A stretch of DNA of 63,803 nucleotides, the filler included, from Intoshia linei (Eukaryota; Animalia; Orthonectida): the NCBI GenBank assembly GCA_001642005.1. It is 6 parts of 6 records of this genome, joined end to end, with 100 filler letters (N's around TTAATTAATTAA, not from the genome) between each part and the next. Parts side by side here need not be neighbours in the genome. Positions count along the whole stretch, not along the records: positions 12,326 to 33,383 come from LWCA01000659.1; 5 more parts are not named here. One strand, 5' to 3'. Positions within the stretch are counted from its first letter, which is position 1; every line of letters starts with the position of its first letter. Below, piece by piece: positions 12,326 through 24,200 of this stretch. The notes below the pieces were generated by a model. That model made no database searches and was not told the DNA's origin. It was given only the letters and a program-made list of their open reading frames with translations. The translations under genes were made by a program, and so were the position numbers.

Positions 12326-13950
12326 AAGGTTTGAAAAATGCACCGTCAACGTGCCAACGATTGATGGATGAGGTCTTATCAAACATACCAAATGCACACG
12401 TCTATTTAGATGATGTAATAATAGCTACACAAGAAAATAACCATGCATCAATATTAAAACAAACTTTAGAAGCTATTTCGAAAGCTGGTTTAAAACTAAA
12501 CTACAAAAAATATATAATCGGTGCAAAAACAGTTAAATTTTGAGGACATATAATCAGTAAAAATGGGATTTAAGCTGATTCTGAAAAAACATCATTTATT
12601 CGCAATATACCCTCGCCAACAACAGTTAAACAGTTATGTCGAATTTTAGGAATGTTCGCTTATTTGCAAAAATTTATATTAAACTATAATTGAATAGCAA
12701 GCATAATACTATATTTTATTAAATAAAAAACAAAAATCTAAAATGGAACGAAGAATGTGAGTCTGTATTGAATGAATTAAAATCTATCATCTGTAATCCA
12801 CCTGTATTAGCAACTCCTGATTTCACACAAGAGTTTTATATAGAAACGGATGCGTAACAACAAGGTTTAGATGCAGTACTTTTTTAAAATGGAAAACCCA
12901 TAGCTTATATATCAAAAAAATTGAATGATATGCAAGCAAAATATGCCGCAGTGGATTTAGAATTAATGGCCATCTGGTGGGTTTTGAAAAAATTTAAAAT
13001 ATACACTGATCATAACCCTCTCACAAGTTTAATGAATAAATCAAACATCAATAATCGTCAATTCAGATGGATTCGAGATATCCAAGAATTCACATTTGAT
13101 ATTCTGTATAAACCTGGTTGTTTTAATCAAATAGCAGATATACTATCAAGAGATGCAACTTTACCAAATAAAAAAGTTAATCTAGCAAAATTGTACAATA
13201 ATGATTATTTAAAAATAAAATTTGCTTAAAAGAATGATTCCGAAATAATGGAAATTTTCAACAAACTAAAAGATCCAAATACAAAAATTTTCACAAAAAA
13301 TTGATATTTTCTAAAATTAAAATTTTGGAAATTATAAATATTTTTCATTTATCAGTCACAGCTTCACATCCTGGTATAAATAATACGATAAAACATAAAA
13401 CGTCACTATGTTTGGCCAAATATGTACCAAAATATAAAAAAGAAAATATTAGAATGTAATGATTGCAATCAAGGATAATCTGGAAAACGATTATTTAACA
13501 ATGCCAATAAAAAAATTAGCAAAGAAAAACAGTATTAAACATAAAAAACAACAAAGGAAATGTTATGATAAAAAAATTTTTAAGAATCAAAGTGATCATT
13601 ACAAACATTAAAAAAAATCTTTTTATGAAAACAAAACAACAATTACTTTTTATACCTTGAAATTTGAACGAAAAATAATTAAATATACAAACGATTCAAA
13701 TTCCATCTAAATCTAAACGTCGTGCAAACTACCTGCAAAATTTACATTAATAATTTACACAAAATTATGACAGTGTCACATTTTTTTGAGGGGGAGGAGT
13801 AACGTGTAAACACGTAACTTACTTAACAATAACAATATGAACTTTAGTGATAAATCTGGCAACACAGTTCGACGAATACATCCTAAACACAAGTTTAAAA
13901 TATCTTGTTTAATAAAAATATATCAATTGTTGTTTACTTGAGACGTTACT
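12326..13950 (+). mobile_element. Ty3/Gypsy LTR retrotransposon remnant (RT, RNase H, integrase zinc finger, PPT, 3' LTR)
   Basis: Motifs GLKNAPSTCQR, YLDDVII, F-IETDA, IYTDHNPL, YKPG..NQIADILSR and HPG..W..C..C, with many stops. PPT gagggggagg at ~13788 is followed by a 153-bp LTR (13798-13950) bounded by inverted AGTAACGT...ACGTTACT and containing AATAAA. Confidence 0.85.
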
Positions 13951-14493
13951 CAACGAAACTAAAGAACTTTAATATCATTTTTATATTACAATCCTTTCAA
14001 TAATGGTAAAATTATACTGAAATATTTATAAAGTGAAGATTCAGTTAATTATTGATAGACAATTGATATTTTTAAGTATTCATTAAATTGGTACTAAATA
14101 TATGTTATCACATTGAAAATGACAAAATAGGTTTTTATAATTTGATTTCTTTTGGAATTTATGCTATTTATGACAATTTTTAGGATTGGACTATTTTTAA
14201 TATTACACACACATTCTGTCTAATAAATTAAAAAATGAAATAATTGTATTTAAAATTATTTACGCAAATGTTAACACAAAAAATTAAGATGGAATATTTC
14301 ACTTTAAAGTAAAAAGTAATGTGATATGATGGTTCCACCTGAAACAAATTTTGGGACCACTCTTTTAAATGAGTTATAATAGTGAATAGTAGCATTTTAA
14401 GTTACATTTTAATTAGTAACATTAAGTAAAATAAAAATATCCCCTCGGTAGAGCTAGGGCATGTTTGTACGTAGTACATAACAGTCAAGCTAG
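13951..14493 (+). mobile_element. Helitron family A 3' portion flanking the Gypsy LTR
   Basis: Matches 33240-33383 and 11030-11450. Ends tgtacgtagtacataacagtcaagCTAG|T. Confidence 0.75.
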
Positions 14494-14499
14494 TATTAT

Positions 14500-14810
14500 A
14501 AAATTAATTTTTAAAATAAAAGGTAATTTGGGATTTTGACCATGACGTTATGCATTTCTGTTCATTATTTTAAAACGAGTTACAGATTTATATGTTTTTA
14601 AATTTTTGGGTTGATTTTATTTAAAAAAAGGGTTAAGTGGGTTTTTGGCACTGAAGGACTCAATTTCGAAAAATAAAACAGATATAAACATCAACTGCCA
14701 AAAATCGTATTAGAAATTGGGTTTTTAAATTCTAAGACTGTTAATTGTTTAAAGAATAGGTAACGAACAGACAGACATGCAGACATTCAATTTTATATAA
14801 GTAAATGATT
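14500..14810 (-). mobile_element. Related Helitron subfamily B, 5' fragment
   Basis: Shares ~30-nt sub-repeats with family A and ends cagacagaca...ttttatataagtaa. Similar copies at ~24050-24360, ~54020-54160 and ~56490-56580. Confidence 0.5.
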
Positions 14811-15360
14811 AAAATGTTAAAAGAATTAAATTTTTTTAACTACACACTTAAAATAACCCCTGCTCTGGATAGCTAAGTTTGGTGTTGCATTTGTTACAAT
14901 TTTCTAACGTTTTCATTGTTTTTTTCAATGATACCCTATTCGAGCATTTCTATTAATAGGATTTAACTCACTTTACATTAACTTTACCGCTAAAGTTAAC
15001 TTAATTTAAATCTTTAACCATACTCAAAAGTTTTAATTTATATTGTGTAATTGTCATTGGGAACCTCAACTTGGGATCGATTCACATAAATTATGGTAAT
15101 TGTATGTAAGATCAAATTCAAGTAACATCTTGTTGCAAGATTTTTGTGTGCTTTTTCGTGATGGTACATACATGTATGAACTATGGTTCTGCAACACGAA
15201 TCAACTGAAATTTGCTCTAGCACTTCGGAATTTACACGAACCCTAGAATATTATCAATTTAATTAGAACATATTTAAATAAAACCACATATAGTGGGTAA
15301 AATAATTAATTTAATTTTTTTGTATTAACTTAGTTCTCAAGCAGATAGTGTAACAATTTT

Positions 15361-17053
15361 TTAAAGTTGAGTATATACAATAATGCTAATGACAATACTC
15401 GTCGTAACAATGATTCCACTGAGTGATAGAATGCATGAAACATATTTACATCTTTTTGCTTCTTCAACATCATTCATTTTGGCGGCTGTTAGGGACATGA
15501 CGGCAAACACGGCAGCAATGGTACCTAAAATTATATTTAAATAAAATGTTCAGATACATTTGATAATACATATGTATTTCATTTTCCTGTCATATTATAA
15601 ATTTTTTTTGTAAAATAATTTTGTAGTACCAGCGATCGAGTGCACTCGAAAATGGTATATTAACGCGAAATCCCCTCTCAAAAACTAAGTATAGATCTTT
15701 AATCTTATATACATGCGTGTTGATAATCTGAAACAGTCTAAAAAAGGTTCACAATAATTGAACCAGAGCAGTGGTCACCAAGAGGAGATTATTTCAGAGA
15801 GAACCCAGCGAACCGAGACAAAAAATAACACCTCCTTGGGTCTTATTTTTGATCATTAATTGAATATTTAAAATAAATATTACTTCGAAAAACATAACTA
15901 CTAATATACTTTATGTTTCAAATTGAAACTGTCAGGTCCAGGCCCCTGGAAAGGTGGTTAGTGTAGGTGAAATTACGGAGGCCTGGAAGGGCATGTTTTT
16001 ATCGATTTAGCAGGCTCTAAATCCAATAATTAAAATGGTTACATTTAGTGAGATATAAAAATAAATTCACATTTAATTAGTTATATTTTTATTGTAAAAA
16101 TTATTTTAAGTTCATAATAAAAATGTATATTGACCTGTTAATATTTGTATAATGTACACCGTATCAGTGTAAATAATAAATAATTCAGTATACAATGTAG
16201 TATAGTTTTTTATTTTTAACCCCACATATACCTATAACAGAAATACAGCTTTGAAGGAGTGATATAGGTATGGATTCAGCTAATTTATCAGAAAATGTAT
16301 GTCGCGAATACAGGCATGTCCGATTAAGACACTCCTGGGAATATCAGTTGTATTGGAGACATAAAAAGTATACAACTTTTAAAAAGCTGTATTTTAATAT
16401 TTTAACCTGAGACATTTTTTAAATTTCTACGTCACGTTAATTCTATAATACTATACTTTCCTTAAAATTGAATGTGTTATGTTTTATTTGCCATGAACCT
16501 CCACGATAAAATCAACTGAATTTAATTAATGATGCAACCAAGATATCTTCATAAAGAATCTCTGAACCATTAAATTTTAGCGAGGCGCCCTGCTGAGAAA
16601 CATTGCAATATTTATTATTAATTAAATCTAATTACATTTAGTTTACTTTAAGTAGTAATACTTGTACTTGTCACTAGTTTCAATAAGTTTCACGTAATTA
16701 TGATGAATATTTTATGTATAGTGGATCCAAATACGCCTTATAAATTAGCATACCGACCACAGAAAAATTATCTGTACAGACCCAGATATAAACATACTAT
16801 TGTATTAAAATCTACCCATCATGTGAAACTGCATATATAATCGTAACAAAATTACCTAAAAAAAAATTAAAAAAAATGGCAACAATAATGGCTAATACAA
16901 GATAAATTTTGGATGTTGATATGTTATTTTCCCAGTGAACCGTTTTACGTTTATTATTATCCTTATAAAGATATTGGTGTACATATGGATTTGATTTATT
17001 TTTGTTTAGATCTATCTAAAACAAAATTATCAATGGAATTACAACCTAACCAT
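15361..17053 (-). CDS. CD225/dispanin (IFITM/PRRT-type) small membrane protein, ~108 aa
   Basis: Exons 17053-17051 (ATG only, tentative), 17015-16856 and 15524-15361. Translation MIDLNKNKSNPYVHQYLYKDNNKRKTVHWENNISTSKIYLVLAIIVAIFFNFFLGTIAAVFAVMSLTAAKMNDVEEAKRCKYVSCILSLSGIIVTTSIVISIIVYTQL* shows the CD225 layout: hydrophobic FFN..LG..A segment, (G/N)DVxxA loop and C-terminal TM helix. Confidence 0.75.
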
Positions 17054-18362
17054 TTCTATTCGACAAAGTCTTAAATTAAATTTTTTGATTTAATTTTGAA
17101 TCATCAAAGTAGGAAATTTGAATTGAAATCAAATGTATGATAGGAATTTGAATAAAAGTAAAGTACACAAGTATTGACTAATTGCATATGAAATGTAATT
17201 CAAATTGATTGTGTAATAGTCAAGTGCACTATCTTAAAATAAGTGTAATATAGCGCAATTCTATAATTCTAGTAAAATGTAAATTGGAATGTTGAATGTT
17301 CTGAATTTGGGTAGATAAAATTGGATAGAATCACAAAAATTTAGGGTACAAATTAACAATATACAAAAAAACAGTTCACAATTATCAACTTTTTATATTT
17401 TTAGATTAATGGTATTTTCTCTTGTACACTGTGGTGAGTTTAAAAGATATTTTTATATCAAAAATTACAATATGAATTAAACCACACGCTGAAAATAGGT
17501 CAATTTAATTAAATTATTAATAATAATCATTACATTAATAATTCAATCTACATATATTTGTATATTCTTATTCCTATTTTTACCTTTATTATCTATATAT
17601 CAATTGTAACATTGAAAAATAATAAACTCGAATTCAAACTCAAAAAGTAACAGTAGTAAAACATTGTAAGAACACGTTGTCGGATAAGATCATTATGTAT
17701 TACGTTATATAAAAACTTGAACGTAATATAGTGTTTTTTGAGATTGGCTCCTATAACTCAATGCTGAAACCAATAGAAAAGATGTTTTCAGTAATAATTA
17801 TCCAGTAATATTGTGTTTCATGTAATAGCGATATATTTATATTAGTTAGAATGCCACAAATCGGAGTCACTGAGAGGGATAATATTAGTATATATAATTA
17901 CATATATATATATATATATGAATAATTTTAATTGAATATATTGAAATAAACTAATTGTAAACAAACTTCAAACTCTGGAGAGATGAGTGATTGAAGTGGT
18001 TGAAACATTGTTACCCACAGTTGTGCAATGCACATTATTCATACACTGTATACCAAAGAATTCATAATAAATACGTTCATGCACTACAATATATTGATAT
18101 GCTGTTTTAATTAATAATTTAAAATACTTTTCAGGGTGCTCGAATTTATATAAATTCGCTATGTAAATGTATTAAAATGTTAAATAAATCAATTAAGATG
18201 TTACATGTTTGTATAATAAATAATAAAACTAGTTATGTGTAAAATAGATATAATATTTAAAAAAAATTATTAAAAAAGAATTTGGACCGTGTTTCTTAAA
18301 AAATACAATTAACAAAAAGGATTTTTAGAAATCCTCAATATTAACGAAAAAAAATAGGAAGT

Positions 18363-19770
18363 TTGGCCAATGATACTGGTAAAAGTAGTAAATTGATCGA
18401 TATGAAAAAACGTTGGTCTCAATTCCTCAATATGTATGATTTTACTATAAAGTATAGAGTAGGTTCATTAAATGGTTCAGCAGATGCTTTATCGCGCATG
18501 TTTGCAATTTATGGTATAAATGATTCTCTGGGAATCCGTCAAGCACAAGATTTGGATAATACCTTTGTACAAATGAAGGAATATTTAATTAATAATAGCT
18601 TACATCATAATCCGTTTTTGGAGAATAGCAGTCTATGGACATTACGTAGTCGTTTAGCTATAGCAAAAAATTTAATATGTTATAGACGCGATGAATTTTT
18701 ACTAGTAGTAGTTCCTCTATCGAAGAAGGTAGTGTTTTAAAAGCAGCACCTGAAGATTTTGGTGGAATTCATGTTGGAATTACTAGATTGGTTAATGACA
18801 TACGTCGCCAATTTTTTTGGAAAGGTATGGTAGCAGATGCAATAAAATACGTTGATAATTGTGAAATCTGTCATGTTTCAAAAGATGGACGCAGAAAACA
18901 TATCACTCCGTTACGACCTGTCGTAACACAGCATTTTAATGATATTTGGAAATTAGATTTTGCATGGCTTTTTGTAGATAGCTGACGAGGGAACCGATTC
19001 CTATTAGTCATGGTTGATCTCTATACTAAATGGCCTGAAATTGTAGCAGTTCCGGATATGACAGCGGAAACTACGTATGAAGCAATTATGGAGAATATCA
19101 TTAACAGATATGGTGTTACTCAACGGATTCATACTGATCAAGGCACTCAATTTGAAAGTGAATTGATTAGATCATTATGTAGCAAATTTGGCATTGTTAA
19201 AATCGAAACTCGTAGTTATCACCACTAAGGTGCTGGAGCAGTTAAACGTTTGAATCGCGATATCAAAAATATGTTGCGTATACGTTGTAATGAGAAATTG
19301 GACCCCACATGGGGTGAAAATTTACCCGAATTATTGGTTGCACTTCGAAATCATCGAAAAGCAGGTACTAATAAATCACCATCTCAGATGTTATTTGGGC
19401 ATAATTTACATGTACAATGGCACATCAAACAAATTGATGAGGTAAATAATTTGCAGATAAAAAATACTTCTCAGATTGACAATGATGGTCAAAAATATCG
19501 TCAAGGTATGAATAGTAATTACTATAAGGCAATTCCAAAGTATATTAGATATTGAAGCAGGCATTATCGAGTCAATGATCCTAAAATCAATAAATTAAAT
19601 GATAGGTATCGAAAATGGGATACTCCCTATATTCCTGTTACAATACCCCTGGAAGAAGCAGAAGTAGCCCAGTATATAGAAGAGCATAAGGGATCAGCCA
19701 CATCATAGCAAAAGAATTTCAAAGAAACCCAAGAAATTTGATGATTTCGAAATGTATCATATACAATCGG
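18363..19770 (+). mobile_element. Ty3/Gypsy pol remnant (end of RNase H, integrase zinc finger and core)
   Basis: RWSQFLNMYDFTIKYRVGSLNGSADALSR; H-G...FFWKGM...C..C; WKLDF; VDLYTKWPE; HTDQGTQFES; C-terminal RISKKPKKFDDFEMY. Interrupted by stops and frameshifts. Confidence 0.85.
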
Positions 19771-20563
19771 AGAATTTGTTGATGACTCCAATCACCCCGA
19801 TTTAATTGAAAATTTTGCAGAAACCAATTCTGATCTTGATAGTAATTCAAATAATTATGTTGATTTTGATGATTCCAGTCATTTGAATTTGATTGAAAAA
19901 TGTGCAGAAATTAATTTTGATCTTGATAGTTATTCAAATAATTATGTTGATTTTGATTACAATTTTGATAACTCCAGTCACCTGAATTTAATTGAAAAAT
20001 GTGCAGAAACATATTCTGATATTGGTAATTTTTCAAATAATTGTGAGGATTTTGATTATGATTTTGGCGACTCCAGTCACATAAATTTAATTGAAAACAA
20101 TGCAGAAATTCTCAATTTTGATATTGAAAATTATCCAAATAAATGTGCAGATTTTGGTTATAATTTTAATTATTATGATTACATACATACTTGTAGTGAT
20201 TATGAAGATTACGATAATATTTTTGATGACTCGAGTCTCATCAATGAAGTAGCAAGTATTGAATTTTTAAATAGCAATGAATATGAGGATTTTAATTATG
20301 ATTTTAGTGATTTCAACTCACTGGCATATAGCAAAGATTATTTAGATAGCGAGTATTATTGTGCAGATAATAGCAATGATTATGAAGATTTTGATGGTGT
20401 TCTAAATGGATTTCATATTCCTAATACTTATAAATTGTCTGATTATAAGGGTGATAGCAAAAGAGTTAGTAGCAGGGGAAACAATTCTACGATTGATGGG
20501 TTAGCATGCATGCCTAACGCACATTCTACTCCAAAAAGCAATCATAGCATATGCTTTATCTAA
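19745..20563 (+). CDS. Asp/Asn/Tyr/Phe-rich tandem-repeat ORF directly downstream of the Gypsy integrase (unknown function)
   Basis: Frame open from 19745 to TAA 20563. Repeat units DDSSHLNLIEKCAE..DLDS.SNNYVDFDYNF start at 19781, 19868, 19967, 20066 and (degenerate) 20225, with periods of 87 and 99 nt, all multiples of 3. Confidence 0.45.
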   Translation, partial: FRNVSYTIGEFVDDSNHPDLIENFAETNSDLDSNSNNYVDFDDSSHLNLIEKCAEINFDLDSYSNNYVDFDYNFDNSSHLNLIEKCAETYSDIGNFSNNCEDFDYDFGDSSHINLIENNAEILNFDIENYPNKCADFGYNFNYYDYIHTCSDYEDYDNIFDDSSLINEVASIEFLNSNEYEDFNYDFSDFNSLAYSKDYLDSEYYCADNSNDYEDFDGVLNGFHIPNTYKLSDYKGDSKRVSSRGNNSTIDGLACMPNAHSTPKSNHSICFI

Positions 20564-20779
20564 GATTCAGATGAATATCGATTTTATTCTCGTAAATAAA
20601 ATAAAGAATGCAGTAAATGGCAGTTGAAAAGTTATACCTTATACTTATATGTCGAACCTAAATAAATTTTATTTTATTTCATTTATATCTTAACAAAAAT
20701 AGTAACTTTTAGTAGTTCATTTTATGATATTTTTGTTTAGTTATTTCAAGTTTAAAATTTTTATTTATTTATATATTTA

Positions 20780-21015
20780 AATCAAGGATAAATTTCAACA
20801 CAAACTAGATCTTACAGGGTCAAAAACCTAAATTGTCCTTTTTTTTAAAAATCAAACAAGTTGGAGAATTTAAAAAAATACATACGCTGAGACGGATTTT
20901 AAAATCATAAACATTATCATAAATTTAAATTTTAAAAAAATTATATCTTTAGGGCCAAAACCACAAATTAACCCTCTTTTTTTAATGAAAACAGCCCTAG
21001 AATTTCACATAATTT
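20780..21015 (+). mobile_element. Helitron family A internal fragment
   Basis: Matches 32380-32600 (cttacagggtcaaaaacc...gaaaacagccctagaatttc). Confidence 0.7.
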
Positions 21016-21252
21016 ATAACTTTATAAATTTATATAGTAATAGTATATATATATATTTAAATATCGTCAAATCTGTTCTTAAAAATGGCTTCAGGTTATT
21101 AAGATGCGAATTAATTATTTATATTAATTGTTTAAATGTCAACTAATAAATATGTCAATATAATTATTTATTACAAGTGTTTAAACTTCTAAAACGTATA
21201 TTTTTACACGTGTAACTATTTTTCAAAATTTATTTGAATTAACATATTAAAA

Positions 21253-24200
21253 ATGGAAAATACTTTTGTAATTTCAATAGACATTGGGACTTCATTTTGC
21301 AAAATTTTCGTATGAAAATATTAAAAATCATTATAATTATTATTTAGCTGTTTGAATGTAAAACTGGAGAAATTTTAGTGTCGAATAAATTTGAATTGAA
21401 AACTATCTTTGGAAAAAATGGGTAAGTTGTCAAGATACATTATATGTATTATATGTTAAATTGTATTTATTTATAGGCATGCAGAAATAAATCCACATGA
21501 ATTATGGAAAGACGTGGAAATGTCAATAGATTACGTGGTCGATAAATTCATTAATCTTAATTATTCTGTGGATCAAATCAAAAGTATATAATCTAAATTT
21601 TCAAATCTTCTAATTTATGAGTTCATCAAATATAATCCAGATAGGAACCAACCAATGATAGACACCCCAAACATACCAGGGATGTATTATCTTACTTGAT
21701 TCAAGTAACAAGGAATTTAAATTTAAATATTTGTGCCAGAGAATTTGACTATTTTTAATAACATATACGTAATAAATATAATACCTATAACTAGCGCATG
21801 TTTTAAGTAACCCAATTAATAAAATAACACAATAAAAGTAAAGTATAATTGCGCAAGATTTATATTTATCTCGTGTATAATCGAAATTTAACTTTAAAAT
21901 TGAAAATAAGTTTTGATCAAACAAATATGAATTAATTACTTCACATTTTTTGTTTTAATAAAATATTTCGGAAAAAAAATATATGAATACTAAATGCTTT
22001 TTTTGACCTTAAAGTCGTCACTTATTCGGATTGAAAGTTTTTGTGTGTGTTAACAGGATACAACTGTACTGCCTGTAAATTTTGTGAAATTCTAGAGCTG
22101 TTTTCAAATTAGGGTAATCAAAAAAAGAAGGGTAATTTAGGGTTTTGGCCCTGAAGATATAATTTTTTTAAATTTAAATTTAAGATAATGTTTATGATTT
22201 TAAAATCCGATATTTTTTTAAATTCTCCAACTTATTTGATTTTCAAAAAAAAGGACAATTGGGGTTTTTGATCCGTAAAATGTGAGTTTGGGAGGTTGAA
22301 ATTTATTTTGCGAACACCCCAGGAAAAAACTGTAATTGAAATGTGGACTTTTTAAAATTCTAAGACGGGTAGTTATTTAAATAAAGTGGAACACACACAC
22401 AAACAAAAATCGCGTAGCATATTATATAAGTAAGGAGTCCTTACTAAGGACTATACTACTCATTTTACAGAGTTTATCTTAACGCAAATGTAGTACTGTA
22501 GAATGTTTAATATACTTGAATGATTAAATGTATCATTTAGGTATCGGTATAACAAATCATGTGTCATCAACGTTTTGCTGGAACAAAACAAACGAAAAAT
22601 TTTACTGCAATGCACTAAGTAATATGACCATAAAATAACAAAATTTAATAAACCTAGTTTGGTACGATTCTAGAAATAATAAAATATTGGAAAAGATTGT
22701 AGAAAAGAATGGAAAAAATTTATTTATCGTTTGAATATATTTAAAGTTTAAACAAATGACATGATAAATATAGGAAAAAACTGGGATGCCTTTATTAAAT
22801 ACTTCAAGTTTTTCGAAAATTATGTGGATATTACAAAATTTTCCAGAATGTTGCATGGACATTGAATCAAATCAAGCAATATTTGGTACCCCTGATACTT
22901 GGCTAATTTGGGTATTTTATGATATTTTACATCAGTGTTTTCCAACCCATTTTTTAAAATTTTATTAAATATATTAATTTTATCGCCCAGTAAAAATAAA
23001 ATTTTAATTTCAAAATGTAACGTTATACTATAGTATATATTTTATGCACGAACAAATAAATTTATTTTGTTTTCAACTGAATCAATTTTCACTAACAGTA
23101 TGATCTTTTTCGGCTCTTGTGATGAGATGAAACATGCGATAAGATACCATTAATCCATTTTTATTTTTTATATGCTGGTTTTCAAATAATGTATTTTTAA
23201 AGTATGACGGTTCTGAAATTTTTGATAGACGTCTTCAAAAAGTGTAGCTGGCTTATTCACATTATTTGGATGTTGTGATTTAAGATGATATAATAGGCGG
23301 GATGGTTTCATAGCTGTACAATGTCTTATGATATAACGAACAGAACGGTAATTGTTTCGAAACACTAGATTCGATAAAACCAAATTTTAAATAATCGGTA
23401 GAATATCCACGAACATATTTTTTGGAAGCAGGCATAACTAAATTTTATTAAAATATAAAAGGTAACATACTTACTACACAGATAATTGGTGTTAGATAAC
23501 TTATATTGTTAAACTCTTAATAAATTAATTATTGTTCAATTTAATTTATTTTTTTTTATTTGATAAAATTGAAAATTTAATTTGTTGAAAATAATTAGAC
23601 ATATATATTTTCGCATCGCCCAGGTTGGGAAAAACTGCTTTACATTATTAATACTAATGCAAAGAAATTAACAAATGGAAACCATTTTACTGATATGACT
23701 AACGCAGCGATTACGGGGCTATTCGATATAAACAGTTTAAAGTGGAGTGAAGACATTTGTTCGTTTTATGGTATACCAATGTCGATCTTACCAAAAATAA
23801 AGGAATGTTTGGATGATTTTGGTATTGCAAATGTTTCTAAATTGAAAGGAATACCCATTCGAGCTGTACTACTTTTTAAATAGCAAATAATCAAATATTT
23901 AATAATTAGGTGATTTCAGATCATTGTGCATCTTTATATGGCCAACAATGTACACAACCTGGTTTAGCCAAATTGACGTAATTTTTAAATGTAACTGTTT
24001 CGCTTTCTATTTTATGCACAGTAAAATAATGAAAACCTTTATTATTTTATCTTACTTGTGTAAAATAATTTAGCTAAAAATGTATGCATGTTTGTCTGTC
24101 ATAAAAAATCATTACCATTTATCAATTCCAAAAATAACAATTTCTAATACTGTTTGTCGAGGTTGAGGTTTTATAGAAAATTTCATTTTTAAAAATTGAG

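Noticed and set aside
1400-19230. Stop codons in TE ORFs as evidence for an alternative genetic code or RIP-like mutation
   Set aside because: Host genes use the standard code with TAA stops and have no internal stops. The TE stops arise from mixed substitution types and co-occur with frameshifts.
21610-21924. 104-aa minus-strand ORF in GK intron 3
   Set aside because: Low-complexity I/L/Y/F-rich translation typical of AT-rich chance ORFs, with no recognisable motif.
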